From Pseudomonadota bacterium (lineage in GTDB: Bacteria > Pseudomonadota > Alphaproteobacteria > SHVP01): a DNA stretch of 64,000 nt. The notes beneath the pieces were generated by a model that was given only the letters and a program-made list of their open reading frames with translations, had not been told where the DNA came from and did not search any database. The stretch is taken from assembly GCA_027622715.1 (NCBI GenBank), contig JAQBYN010000002.1, forward strand, positions 82,464-146,463, written 5' to 3'. A program made the position numbers and the translations under genes. Every line of letters starts with the position of its first letter. Positions within the stretch are counted from its first letter, which is position 1. Of the stretch, positions 29,936 to 39,930 are shown one piece after another.

Positions 29936-31660
29936 TTAGGCCGCGGCCTTGCCGCGAATGAGTTTGCCCGGGCGCGCGCCGGTTTCCTTGCCGTTTTCCT
30001 GCACCACTTCACCGGCCACGATGGTTTTGACATAGCCTTCGGCCGTTGCCATCAGGCGCTGCGCACCGGTCGGTAAGTCGTTGACCATAAAGGGTTTCGG
30101 CGCGTTCAGGCGGTCGAAATCGATTAGGTTAAAGTCGGCCTTCTTGCACGGTGCGATGACGCCCCGGTCGTTCAACCCGTAGAGCGTTGCGGTTTCGGAC
30201 GTGAGCTTCTTGACCACCGCCTCCATCGCAATGCGGGGCCCGCGCGATCGGTCGCGCGCCCAGTGCGTCATCAAGAATGTCGGCACATTGGCATCGCAAA
30301 TATAGCTGACATGCGCGCCACCATCGCCGCCGCCGATTATCGAGAGCGGGTGAATCAGTTGCTCGTGCAGGGCGTCGAGATTCCCGTGCGAATAGTTTAG
30401 GCCGCAGAACATCAGATAGTTGGTGCCGTCGCTCCGTAGCATTTCGTCGTAGGCGACCGCGCGGGGGTCGCGGCCTTCACGCGCTGCGACGGCTTGGACC
30501 GATTGCGATATCGGCGGTTCGAAATCGAAGTCGTCACCCATGACATAAGTCTCGGCCCAGGCGTCCTGCACCATGTCGGCGAAGGCATCTTGAATCGGAT
30601 CCGACTCGGCCAGTATTTTCGCCCGTACCTCGGGATCGCGTAGCCGTGCGAGTTTTTCCGCCGCCGGTAGTTTGTTGATCGTCGCATAGGTCGGAAAGCG
30701 GATGAACTGGTTGGGCCCCTGAAAGCTGAATAGCAAGGTGGTTGGGCGGCCAAACACCTGCGGATAGACCCGGGCGCCATCGGCTGCGGCCGCTTCGCAT
30801 TCCTTGAGCATGTCGCGCCAAGCGTCTGGCGCTTTGTTGTTTTGACCGAACAAGAAAGTAACCGGCACGCCGGTCGCTTTCGCCACTTTGCGCATCCACG
30901 CCATTTCCTTGGCGGGCGCAATCAAATCGTCGCCCGAAATGCCAGCCGGGGCGAGCTCAAAGATGCCATGACCGGCTGCGGCGATCGCGTGACCCATGGC
31001 CATTAACTCGTCTTCACGGGCCCAGGTGCCCGGCACCGGTTCGCCGTCAACCGCCAGATGCAACAACGTGCGTGATGTGGTGAATCCCAGCGCGCCGGCC
31101 TGTAGCGCTTCGGTGACGACCGTCGCCATTTTCTCGATGTCCTCGGGGGTCGCCGGTTCGTTCTTGGCACCGCGCTGGCCCATGACATAGGCGCGTACCG
31201 GGCCGTGCGCGATTTGGCAGCCAACGTCCATGGCATGCGGATGCCGCTCGACCGCGTCCAAGTATTCGGGGAACGTCTCCCAATCCCATTTCACACCGGC
31301 CGCAAGTGCCGCCCCGGGAATGTCCTCGACCCCTTCCATCAGGCCGATCAAAAAGTCATGGCCGTCGCGCGCGGCCGGCGCAAAGCCAACCCCGCAATTG
31401 CCCATGACCGCCGTCGTCACCCCTTGCCAGAACGACGGCGTCAGCAGTGGATCCCACGTCACCTGCCCGTCGTAATGGGTGTGGATGTCGACCCAGCCGG
31501 GAGTGACCAGCAATCCATCGGCGTCGATGGTTTGTTTGGCGTCGCCCGACAGCGCACCAACCTCGACGATCAATCCGTCAGTGACCGCGACGTCGCCCGT
31601 TTGCTGGGGCGCGCCGGTCCCATCGACGATACTGCCGCCTTTGATGATGAGGTCGTACAT
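29936..31660 (-). CDS. N-acyl-D-amino-acid deacylase (D-aminoacylase) family amidohydrolase
   Basis: MYDLIIKGGSIVDGTGAP ... LLVTPGWVDIHTHYDGQ ... GVTTAVMGNCGVGFAP. 28 nt upstream of the leuC-like gene. Confidence 0.8.
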   Translation of the reverse strand: MYDLIIKGGSIVDGTGAPQQTGDVAVTDGLIVEVGALSGDAKQTIDADGLLVTPGWVDIHTHYDGQVTWDPLLTPSFWQGVTTAVMGNCGVGFAPAARDGHDFLIGLMEGVEDIPGAALAAGVKWDWETFPEYLDAVERHPHAMDVGCQIAHGPVRAYVMGQRGAKNEPATPEDIEKMATVVTEALQAGALGFTTSRTLLHLAVDGEPVPGTWAREDELMAMGHAIAAAGHGIFELAPAGISGDDLIAPAKEMAWMRKVAKATGVPVTFLFGQNNKAPDAWRDMLKECEAAAADGARVYPQVFGRPTTLLFSFQGPNQFIRFPTYATINKLPAAEKLARLRDPEVRAKILAESDPIQDAFADMVQDAWAETYVMGDDFDFEPPISQSVQAVAAREGRDPRAVAYDEMLRSDGTNYLMFCGLNYSHGNLDALHEQLIHPLSIIGGGDGGAHVSYICDANVPTFLMTHWARDRSRGPRIAMEAVVKKLTSETATLYGLNDRGVIAPCKKADFNLIDFDRLNAPKPFMVNDLPTGAQRLMATAEGYVKTIVAGEVVQENGKETGARPGKLIRGKAAA

Positions 31661-31786
31661 AGGGCCTCCCGGGTTGGATCAACGGGCGCGAACGCGCTAG
31701 AGATGCGGTAACGCCACGATACACTGTCGGCTCGCGATTCGGCCAGCCGGACCAAAGCCGGAACCATGAAGGACGCTTAGCCAGAT

Positions 31787-32731
31787 ATGACCACAAGTGA
31801 TGCGTTGCGGGCCCAGTTGCGTCTACCGCTCTTCGCCGCCCCTATGTTCCTCGTTTCCGGGCCCGATTTGGTCATCGCGGCGGCCCGTGCCGGGATCATC
31901 GGCTCGTTTCCCACCCCAAACTGCCGCACGACGGCGGATATGGAAGCGTGGATGGCGCGCATTACCGAAGAAACCGCCGGATTCGGGTCAGGCGAGGATC
32001 ATTCGACCAAGCTTTGGTCGGCCAACCTGATCGTGCACCGGACCAATGCGCGGCTGGCTGAGGACGTCGCGCTGGTGAAGAAATACCGACCGCCTATCGT
32101 GATTACCGCCCTGGGCAGCCCGCGCGCGATCGTCGATGACGTCCATGACTACGGCGGACTGGTCTTCGCCGACGTCAACGGAATAGCGCACGCCCGCAAA
32201 GCGGCCGCCGCTGGCGTCGATGGCTTGGTGCTGGTGTGCGCTGGTGCTGGCGGACATACCGGCCGCATCGCGCCTTTCGCGTTTGTACCCGAGGTGCGGA
32301 AGTTCTTTGATGGCATGCTCATTGTCTCCGGCGCGATGACCGACGGGCGAGCCGTCGCCGCTGCCCGCGCGCTGGGGGCCGACTTTGGCTACGCCGGCAC
32401 GCGATTTATTGCCTGCGCCGAAAGCATGGCGCCCGAGGCCTATCGTCAAATGGTCGTCGACGCCGAAATCGACGACCTGGTGTTGACCAGCGCCCTAACC
32501 GGCGCCCTGGCCAGCATGTTACGCCCGAGCGTGCGCGAGGCCGGGTTCGACCCCGATGCGTTGGTTGAGGGCTCAACGGCCGGTTACACCCACAAGACAA
32601 GCGAGAACAGAGCGTGGAAAAGCGTTTGGTCGGCCGGGCAGGGCGTCGGCTCGATCAACTCGGTCAAGACCGTCGCCGAGATCGTTGATGATTTCGCGCG
32701 GGAGTACGAGGCCGCATTGGCCGCGCTGTAG
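31787..32731 (+). CDS. nitronate monooxygenase (2-nitropropane dioxygenase-like, FMN)
   Basis: LPLFAAPMFLVSGPDLVIAAARAGIIGSFP and GAGGHTG motifs. Confidence 0.85.
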   Translation: MTTSDALRAQLRLPLFAAPMFLVSGPDLVIAAARAGIIGSFPTPNCRTTADMEAWMARITEETAGFGSGEDHSTKLWSANLIVHRTNARLAEDVALVKKYRPPIVITALGSPRAIVDDVHDYGGLVFADVNGIAHARKAAAAGVDGLVLVCAGAGGHTGRIAPFAFVPEVRKFFDGMLIVSGAMTDGRAVAAARALGADFGYAGTRFIACAESMAPEAYRQMVVDAEIDDLVLTSALTGALASMLRPSVREAGFDPDALVEGSTAGYTHKTSENRAWKSVWSAGQGVGSINSVKTVAEIVDDFAREYEAALAAL

Positions 32732-32819
32732 GGCTAAGAATGGGATGCTTGGTGGTTGCCGCGACGAAGAAATCCTGCAGGATATCTCCGTTTGACCGCT
32801 GACAAGGAGGCATCACCGG

Positions 32820-33251
32820 ATGATGCTGATACGTTGCTTCCTCGCGCCGTCGAAGATCGAGGGAATCGGCCTCTTTGCCAGGGACGCCGTTGCAAAGGGG
32901 ACCGAAGTTTACCGGTTCACACCCCCCTTCGACCTGATCGTCGATACGGCTGCGATCGGCGCGCTGCCGACGGCGCCGCAGGAGTTCTTTCGGCGTTTCA
33001 CCTTCGGCCACCCGACCGAGACGGAAAAGATCCTTCTGGAATTTGACGAAGGCCGCTACATGAACCACGCGGAAGCGCCGAACACAGACTGTTCGGCGGT
33101 GTTCAGTGGCTTCGCTGTGCAAGATATTGCGGCCGGCGAGGAGTTGACATGTAACTACCGGCACCTCGACGGGGGGCAGATCATTCTCGAGCCGCCGCGC
33201 TGGGACGGTGCGGTCAAGCCGGTTGAGAGCTCGACACCGCACCGTCGATAA
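32820..33251 (+). CDS. SET domain protein (putative protein-lysine methyltransferase)
   Basis: 143 aa. IEGIGLFARDAVAKGTEV, GRYMNHAEAPN (the NH-x-x-x-PN signature) and AAGEELTCNY (the ELT-x-[DN]-Y signature). Confidence 0.75.
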   Translation: MMLIRCFLAPSKIEGIGLFARDAVAKGTEVYRFTPPFDLIVDTAAIGALPTAPQEFFRRFTFGHPTETEKILLEFDEGRYMNHAEAPNTDCSAVFSGFAVQDIAAGEELTCNYRHLDGGQIILEPPRWDGAVKPVESSTPHRR

Positions 33252-34227
33252 GTCGTTTCACGTAAGCCGGAAGGCCGAACGCAGCGACGTGGAGCTCAGG
33301 CGTGTAGTACTGGGTCTCGACGGCAAGGCTCCTATATCGCGCTTTCAACACCGTTAGTGACGGAAGGTCGGCACCGGCGTCATTGCGGCACCAGCTTAGG
33401 GTCATGAGGCCACCGTATGCTGGGACGACCACACCGAAGAACGAGACCGCCGCGAACGTCCGAGCCAGTTTACCTGCGACATCGGTGACGATGTCCGGCT
33501 GCAGGAAGGGAACGCCGCTTTGCGTCACGAGAATTCCGCCTAGTGCGAGCCGGGCCTTGCAGTCGTCGTAAAATGCGTTCGTAAACAACTTTGCCCCTGC
33601 ACCCACCGGGTCGGGCGAGTCGATGACGATGACGTCGTATACCGCCGTCGTTTCGCGGACGAAACGGCTGCCGTCGGCGATCACCAGATGCGTCCGCGGA
33701 TCATCGAACGCACCGGCCGAAACCATCGGCATATGCGTTCGGCAGGCCTCGACGACTTCGTCGTCGATATCGACGACGGTCACATGCTCGACCGGATGAC
33801 GCAGCGCTTCTCGCAGCGTACCGCCCGCCCCACAACCGATGATCAGCACCCGACGCACGGCGCCGTGGGCGAACAGCGCCGGATGCACAAGCATCTCCTC
33901 GTAGGCGAAGCCGTCCCGCTCAGTACTCTGCACGACGCCGTCGAGGACGAAGACGCGACCGAACGCTGGGTTGTCGAATAGCCTCAGCCGGTGATGCTTC
34001 GTCCGGACCTCGCGGACCACGCGGCTGACCTGGTAGCGCTGCATCCAACCAGTCGAAATCCTGTCATTGTGTTCGATTTCATCGAACCAAACGCCCGTAC
34101 GGTCGTTCTCGGTACCACCCGCAACCGCTGACGGTATCGATTTGTCGGTTAGTTCGGTATCGGCCTCGGAATCTTCTGGCGTTGTCATACGAGTCTTCCA
34201 GAATGGGCGAATGGAGCGGTTCCGCAA
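33214..34227 (-). CDS. speE: spermidine synthase-like polyamine aminopropyltransferase
   Basis: FVLDGVVQSTERDGFAYEEML, VLIIGCGAGGTLRE, VVDIDDEVV, VIVIDSPDPVG. Has an N-terminal acidic extension, and the start may be ATG 34188. The 3' end overlaps the SET gene by 38 nt (convergent). Confidence 0.8.
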   Translation of the reverse strand: MRNRSIRPFWKTRMTTPEDSEADTELTDKSIPSAVAGGTENDRTGVWFDEIEHNDRISTGWMQRYQVSRVVREVRTKHHRLRLFDNPAFGRVFVLDGVVQSTERDGFAYEEMLVHPALFAHGAVRRVLIIGCGAGGTLREALRHPVEHVTVVDIDDEVVEACRTHMPMVSAGAFDDPRTHLVIADGSRFVRETTAVYDVIVIDSPDPVGAGAKLFTNAFYDDCKARLALGGILVTQSGVPFLQPDIVTDVAGKLARTFAAVSFFGVVVPAYGGLMTLSWCRNDAGADLPSLTVLKARYRSLAVETQYYTPELHVAAFGLPAYVKRLIDGAVSSSQPA

Positions 34228-34249
34228 CGGCGGGCGAAGACGGTCTGAA

Positions 34250-35647
34250 TTACACGTCGACCTCCAACCGGCGGTTCATGAAAGAAAGGCGCACAGCAAG
34301 CAGTCGGGCGACGAATTCGTGGAGTGCGAGCTGACAGTCACGCGCGTCCTCGCCAAGGTCGGTGATCGACTCGGGATCGAGCCGATAGACTACCGATGCT
34401 TTGACGGCACACGCTGACGCCGAACGCATCGGGCTATCGCTGTAAGCTGCCATCTCGCCGACGACGGTACCGTGCCGGAATTCCCGGAGGCGGCTGATGC
34501 GGCCATCCGGCGATTCAAGTCTCACCTCAATGACGCCGGATTCGATGATGAACAGGCTCGTGTCGGAGTCGCCCTGATGGAACAGATAATCACCGGCCGG
34601 AACATCCATCCGCGTCATGACCGCGACGAGGCGGTTAGCCTTCTCGCGGTCGCCGACGATCTCGCTCATGATATCGAGAACGGGCTTTCGACCGGACCCC
34701 TCCAACTGCCTGGATAGTATATCTTCCTCCGCCCACTTGAGGGCAAGATCGAGGTCGTCGACGATGACGAAGCGATCGTCGTCGAACCCCTCGGCTTGCG
34801 CGAAGACGCTATGCACGGCGGGGGTCAGCGCGCAAAAAAGCGTCCGCGTCCCGGCCGAGTCGAACATATTGAGGATCTTGAAGAATATCTGCACGGCCGT
34901 GCTGTCGATCCCCGTGACGCGACGGAAATTGAAAACCACGACCGAATAGGGCGGCTCGGACTCCGTATCCCGTTTCAGTGATTCGAAGAATAGGCTTGCC
35001 GAGCCGAAGAATAGGAAGCCTCGCAGATTGAAGATACGGACGTGTTGGCCGAATTCGCGGAGGAAGATGGCCTCGTGGACCGACCGGTCTACCGAACTCC
35101 CTTGCTGATCGAGTGAGAATGTGGACTCGACAACGCTCGTTCGGCTGTAGCGGACAATGAAGAGCAGCGAACTCAGGATAATTCCTAGGACGATGCCCGG
35201 AATGAAGCCGGCCGTCACGATCACGACGAAGATCGACCATACGGCAAGGCCTTCTATCCGCGTCATGCTGCGGCGCGCGGTGAACAGCCAGTCGCGCAGG
35301 AACTGGATCGCGGTGACGAAGATCAGGGCACCGAGGACGATCTTCGGTATGAACTCGATGAAGCCACCGCCGACCACCGCTACCGCAACACAGACGGCGC
35401 CGACGATCAGCATGAAGGACCGGCTGGTCACGCCGAGCCGCGAGTACATAATGCTGCCGACGATGTCGGTTAGACCTGGGAGACCGCCGATGCTGCCGCT
35501 CGCAATATTCGCGAGCCCGTGCCCGCGCAACTCCGTCGCCATCGGCAAGGTGGTCCGGGTGCTGGCCTCGAGGGCCGACAAATTGAAACTCGTGCTGATC
35601 AGCAGGAGGAAGACGATGGTGGCGATCTCGCGCTGCGGCCTGGACAC
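34250..35647 (-). pseudogene. 5'-truncated SulP-family anion transporter with STAS and cyclic-nucleotide-binding domains
   Basis: Only the last few SulP TM helices are present (ELRGHGLANIASGSIGGLPG...). STAS (VVVFNFRRVTGIDSTAV) and cNMP-binding (FHQGDSDTSLFIIESG ... GEMAAY ... RSASA) follow. The N-terminal half of the transporter is missing and the reading frame begins at the junction with the next fragment. Confidence 0.65.
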
Positions 35648-35656
35648 GAAACAGCC

Positions 35657-36232
35657 TACTACCCGGGCGAGGTCAATCTGCGCATCGCCGATGTCGTGGT
35701 GATCGCCAAGAGCGATTCAGCAAAACCACACGACCTCGCGTCGGTGCGCGAAGCAATTATCCGGTTGCGGCCCGATGCGCCGATTTTCTTGGGCGGATCG
35801 CCGGTGCGTTTGTCGGATGCGGCGGCGGTCCAGGGCAAACGCGTGTTGGTCGTCGACGACGGCCCGACCCTGACCCACGGCGGCATGCCCTACGGCGCCG
35901 GGTATGTCGCGGCGCGCGCAGCCGGTGCGGCGGAACTCATCGATCCGCGGCCCGCCGCAACCGAGTCACTGCGTGCCGTGTTCGATGCCAATCCGCATCT
36001 TGCCGCCGTCCTGCCGGCCATGGGCTATGGTGCCGCGCAAGTGCGCGACCTAGCTGAAACAATCAACCGAAGTGGGGCAGATGTCGTGGTTGCGGGAACC
36101 CCGATCGATCTCGCCCGCGCGCTCGATTTGCACCTGCCGGTCGTGCGCGCCCGGTATGATTTTGCCGATCTCGACTCGCCCGGCCTCGGCGACGCGCTGG
36201 ATACCTTTTTGCGCAGCCGAGGGCTTGGGTGA
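35657..36232 (+). pseudogene. 5'-truncated cyclic 2,3-diphosphoglycerate synthetase-like GTPase family gene
   Basis: Only the C-terminal ~190 aa are recognisable (YYPGEVNLRIADVVVIAK, VVDDGPTLTHGGMPYGAG, LPAMGYGAAQV). The P-loop N-terminal half is absent. Sequence upstream in this frame is antisense to the SulP fragment. The stop overlaps the arcC start (GTGA). Confidence 0.6.
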
Positions 36233-37149
36233 GCGAACCCCGCGCCTTGGTTGTCGCCGCCCTCGGTGGCAACGCACTAGCGCCGCCAGAAAAGCCCTAT
36301 GACGCGGCGGACATGGCCGCGGCAATCGCGTCAGCCGCCGACGCGCTCGCGCCCATCGCCGAGACGTGTGATCTGATTGTGACGCACGGCAACGGCCCCC
36401 AAATCGGCTATCTGTCGGAAAATGCGCCGCGCACACCATTGGATGTGCTGGGCGCGGAAAGCGAAGGGTGGCTGGGGTACGTCATCGAACAAGGCCTGAC
36501 TAACCGTCTGCCGGATCGAACGACGCTGGGCATCTTGACGCGGGTCGTCGTCGCGGCCGACGACCCGGCGTTCGATCAGCCGACTAAGCCGGTCGACCCG
36601 GTGCTCAGCGAAGCCGAAGCAACCGCATTGCAAGAAGCGCACGGGTGGCCGTTCATCGCCGATCGCGGTGGTTTCCGGCGGGTCGTGCCGTCGCCCCATC
36701 CGCTGGAAGTGATCGAGGCAGAAGAAATCGGAATCCTGGCACGGTCCGGGGCGATCGTTGTCTGTGTCGGCGGCGGTGGTATCCCCGTGGTGCGCGACGA
36801 ACGCGGCCTGTTGCACGGGGTCGAGGCTGTGGTCGATAAAGATATCGCTTCGGCCTTATTGGCGTTGCAGCTAGGCGCTGACGCCCTGTTGTTGCTGACC
36901 GACGTGCCGGGGGTCTATGCCGATTGGCCGAACCGCGAAAACCTTCTGCGCAAGCCGTCGGTCGATGAAGTGTCCGCGCTTTTTCTGGCCGCCGGGTCGA
37001 TTGGTCCCAAGGTGAACGCCGCGGTCGGTTTTGTCGGGGGCGGCGGGCGCTTTGCAGCCATCGGTCTGCTCAATCAGGCGGTGGACCTTCTTGCCGGCAA
37101 CGTGGGCACGGCGTTTCGCAATCAGGACGTGGCTGGTTCGGTTTCCTGA
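36229..37149 (+). CDS. arcC: carbamate kinase
   Basis: VVAALGGNAL, VTHGNGPQIGYL, VCVGGGGIPV, ALLLLTDVPGVY. Confidence 0.9.
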   Translation: MSEPRALVVAALGGNALAPPEKPYDAADMAAAIASAADALAPIAETCDLIVTHGNGPQIGYLSENAPRTPLDVLGAESEGWLGYVIEQGLTNRLPDRTTLGILTRVVVAADDPAFDQPTKPVDPVLSEAEATALQEAHGWPFIADRGGFRRVVPSPHPLEVIEAEEIGILARSGAIVVCVGGGGIPVVRDERGLLHGVEAVVDKDIASALLALQLGADALLLLTDVPGVYADWPNRENLLRKPSVDEVSALFLAAGSIGPKVNAAVGFVGGGGRFAAIGLLNQAVDLLAGNVGTAFRNQDVAGSVS

Positions 37150-37733
37150 AAGGCCGGACGCTCTCGAAAACGCTCGTACCATGTGGCGAGCGCTGGCCGA
37201 TCTTTTCTCCAGACGTTGCCGTCGAGGAACAAATCGACGAACGCAAATAGGGCTGCCGCGGTGAGGTGACCGGTCCGCAGAGGCGCGCCCAATTGCGTGT
37301 CCACCGCCGCCGCGAGCGCGTCGTAATTCCGTTGCGCGCGGCCACGCTCAAGCGCTAGGAACGTCGGCGACTGCTTGTCGGCCTCCTTCATCGTGAGTTC
37401 GCGGAACATCCAAGCGACATTGTCGGCGGTTGCGGTGACGAACGCGTCAAACCCGAGCGCGTCCCAGCGCGCCGCACCCCTGCCGTTCAACGCACGCGCG
37501 CCCGCGCGCTCTTCCAGATACGTCGTGATAAGCAGCGATTCGGATAGCGCTGTGCCGTCGTCCAGCACCAGGGTCGGCACCTTGCCGGTCGGATTGTAAA
37601 CCAACACGGGCGCGTTAGGGTCGCGCACCGTGGTCTCTATTTCCTCGATGTCGCCGATCTGTCCCGTCAACCGGGCCAGCATCCGAACTTTCCGCGCAAA
37701 CGGCGAGCGTTGCGTAAAATAGAGTTTCATCAT
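37122..37733 (-). CDS. glutathione S-transferase family protein
   Basis: MKLYFTQRSPFARKVR ... GKVPTLVLDDGTALSESLLITTYLEE is a thioredoxin-like GST N-domain. Confidence 0.85.
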   Translation of the reverse strand: MMKLYFTQRSPFARKVRMLARLTGQIGDIEEIETTVRDPNAPVLVYNPTGKVPTLVLDDGTALSESLLITTYLEERAGARALNGRGAARWDALGFDAFVTATADNVAWMFRELTMKEADKQSPTFLALERGRAQRNYDALAAAVDTQLGAPLRTGHLTAAALFAFVDLFLDGNVWRKDRPALATWYERFRERPAFQETEPATS

Positions 37734-37814
37734 CTAATTGAATCACCGGTGATCAAGAAGCCGCTTGTAGAACGATTGAACGTCGCACGCCAGATAGGTG
37801 AGCGCCAAGGCTCG

Positions 37815-39905
37815 TCACGTATTCAGGTCCGCCAGCGTCATGCCTTCACGTGCCACGCGCTCAAGCAGGGGCGCCGCCGCCCATACCGCGCCGTGGGCTT
37901 TTTGAAAACGCGCCAGCGCGTCTAGGACCGCTGGAACGCCGACGGTGTCGGCATAGAACATCGGCCCGCCGCGATAGGCGGGAAAGCCGTAGCCGTTGAG
38001 CCACACGATATCGATGTCGCTGGGCCGTTGGGCAATCCCTTCGTCGAGCAGATGGGCGCCCTCGTTGATCATGGCGTAGACGCAGCGATCAACGATCTCC
38101 GTGTCGGCGATGTCGCGCGGTGCAATCCCCACTTCGTCGGCTTCCGCCGCGGCCAAGTCGGCCACCAGCGGGTTCTCGCCGGTGGCCGTGCGGCCGTCCT
38201 TGTAAAGATAGAAACCGATGCCCGACTTCTGGCCGAACTGGCCCTGCTCACAAAGCATGTCGGCGACACGGGAATAGCGTGCGTCTTGGCTGCGCCCGAT
38301 GCCGAAGGCTTTGCGCATCCGCCAGCCAACGTCGATCCCGGCGAGATCGCGCACCGCAAACGGGCCCATCGGCAGGCCGAAGTCGTAAATCGCCTTGTCG
38401 ATCTGGGTGATCGACGCGCCTTCCTGGAGCAGGCGGTTCGCCTCACGCTGATAGACCTGAAGCATCCGGTTGCCGATGAATCCGTGGCAGACGCCGGACA
38501 CCACCGGGATCTTTCCCAGCCGCTTGGCAAGCGGCATCACGGTGGCGAGCGCGGTGTTCGATGTTCGATCGGCACGCACCACCTCGAGTAACTTCATCAC
38601 GTTCGCCGGGCTGAAAAAATGCATGCCCAGGACCCGTTCAGGATGTTTTGATGCTGCCGCAATCTCATTCACGTCGAGATAGGATGTGTTGGTCGCCACA
38701 ATGGCGTCCGCCGCAACGACGCTGTCGAGCGTCGCGATAACCTTCTTTTTGACGGCCATCTCCTCGAACACCGCCTCGACCACCAGGTCCGCGCCGGCTA
38801 GGTCCGCGTAGTCGGTCGCCCCCGCAATGGCGGCGAGCCGCGCGTCGGCGACGTCGCGCGCTACGCGGTTGCGCGCGACCATACCGTCATAAGTCTTGCC
38901 GATCGCCGCCAAAGCCGCGTCGCGCGCATCGGGTGACACTTCCAGCAACGACACCGGGATACCCGCGTCGGCAAACACCATCGCGATACCGCGGCCCATG
39001 GTGCCGCCGCCGATGACCGCGGCGTGTTCAATGGGTCGCGCCGGCGTCTCCTTTGGTATGTCTTTGACTTTGGCGGCTTGGCGTTGCGCAAAGAACGCAT
39101 ATTGCAGCGCGCGCGCCTCAACAGTGGCGTTGCAGGCTTCGAATAGGGCGCGCTCGTGTTTCAGGCCGTCGTCGAAGGGTAGGGACAGTGCCTCTTCGAC
39201 GGCATCAATAGCCCGGAACGGTGCGTTGAATCCACGGTAGCGCCGGGCGTGCTGCTGGCGTGCTGCTGCGATATCGTCGGCACCGCTGGTGACGGCGGCG
39301 TCGCGGGTCGGTCGGGGCCCTTTGCCGCCGCGAACAAGGTCCGCTGCAAAGGCGACCGCGGCGTCGACCAAAGGTTCGCTCACCACCGCGTCGACTGCGC
39401 CCATCTCCATTGCCTGGCCGGCGGTCAACCGGTTGCCACCGATAATGACGTCGAGCGCGGCCGCAACCCCGACCAGGCGTGGCAGCCGTTGCGTGCCGCC
39501 CGCACCGGGGATAATGCCGAGGCTGACCTCGGGCAGGCCGACCTGGGCGCTATCGACGGCGACGCGGTAGTGGCATGCCAGCGCCACCTCGAACCCGCCG
39601 CCGAGCGCGGTCCCGTGCAGCGCCGCGATCACTGGTTTGGCATTGTTTTCCAGTCGCGCGAGGACCTCACCCAGAATGGGGTGCTTTGGTGGCTTGCCGA
39701 ATTCCGTGATATCGGCGCCGGCAAAAAAGGTTCGTCCTGCACAGGCGATGACAATCGCCTCGGCGGCTGGGTCGGCTTCGGCTTGTGCCAAAGCGGTCAG
39801 GAGTCCTTCGCGCACCGCGTGACCCAGGGCATTCACCGGCGGATTATTGGCGGTGATAACACCGACATTGCCGTCGCGACGGTAGGTAACCACAGGGCCA
39901 CTCAT
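37815..39905 (-). CDS. bifunctional enoyl-CoA hydratase / 3-hydroxyacyl-CoA dehydrogenase (FadB/FadJ-like)
   Basis: N-terminal crotonase ([15 protein letters not shown]), central NAD fold ([14 protein letters not shown]), 696 aa. Confidence 0.9.
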   Translation of the reverse strand: MSGPVVTYRRDGNVGVITANNPPVNALGHAVREGLLTALAQAEADPAAEAIVIACAGRTFFAGADITEFGKPPKHPILGEVLARLENNAKPVIAALHGTALGGGFEVALACHYRVAVDSAQVGLPEVSLGIIPGAGGTQRLPRLVGVAAALDVIIGGNRLTAGQAMEMGAVDAVVSEPLVDAAVAFAADLVRGGKGPRPTRDAAVTSGADDIAAARQQHARRYRGFNAPFRAIDAVEEALSLPFDDGLKHERALFEACNATVEARALQYAFFAQRQAAKVKDIPKETPARPIEHAAVIGGGTMGRGIAMVFADAGIPVSLLEVSPDARDAALAAIGKTYDGMVARNRVARDVADARLAAIAGATDYADLAGADLVVEAVFEEMAVKKKVIATLDSVVAADAIVATNTSYLDVNEIAAASKHPERVLGMHFFSPANVMKLLEVVRADRTSNTALATVMPLAKRLGKIPVVSGVCHGFIGNRMLQVYQREANRLLQEGASITQIDKAIYDFGLPMGPFAVRDLAGIDVGWRMRKAFGIGRSQDARYSRVADMLCEQGQFGQKSGIGFYLYKDGRTATGENPLVADLAAAEADEVGIAPRDIADTEIVDRCVYAMINEGAHLLDEGIAQRPSDIDIVWLNGYGFPAYRGGPMFYADTVGVPAVLDALARFQKAHGAVWAAAPLLERVAREGMTLADLNT

Positions 39906-39930
39906 GCGCTCATTCTCCAGTTACTATTGA

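Noticed and set aside
24705-35650. Possible genomic island integrated at tRNA-Lys and ending at the decay junction
   Set aside because: I saw no integrase, excisionase, transposase or conjugation gene. I found no direct repeat of the tRNA 3' end downstream by eye. Most genes in the interval have the same high GC as the surroundings. It could be re-examined with a proper repeat search and comparative genomics.
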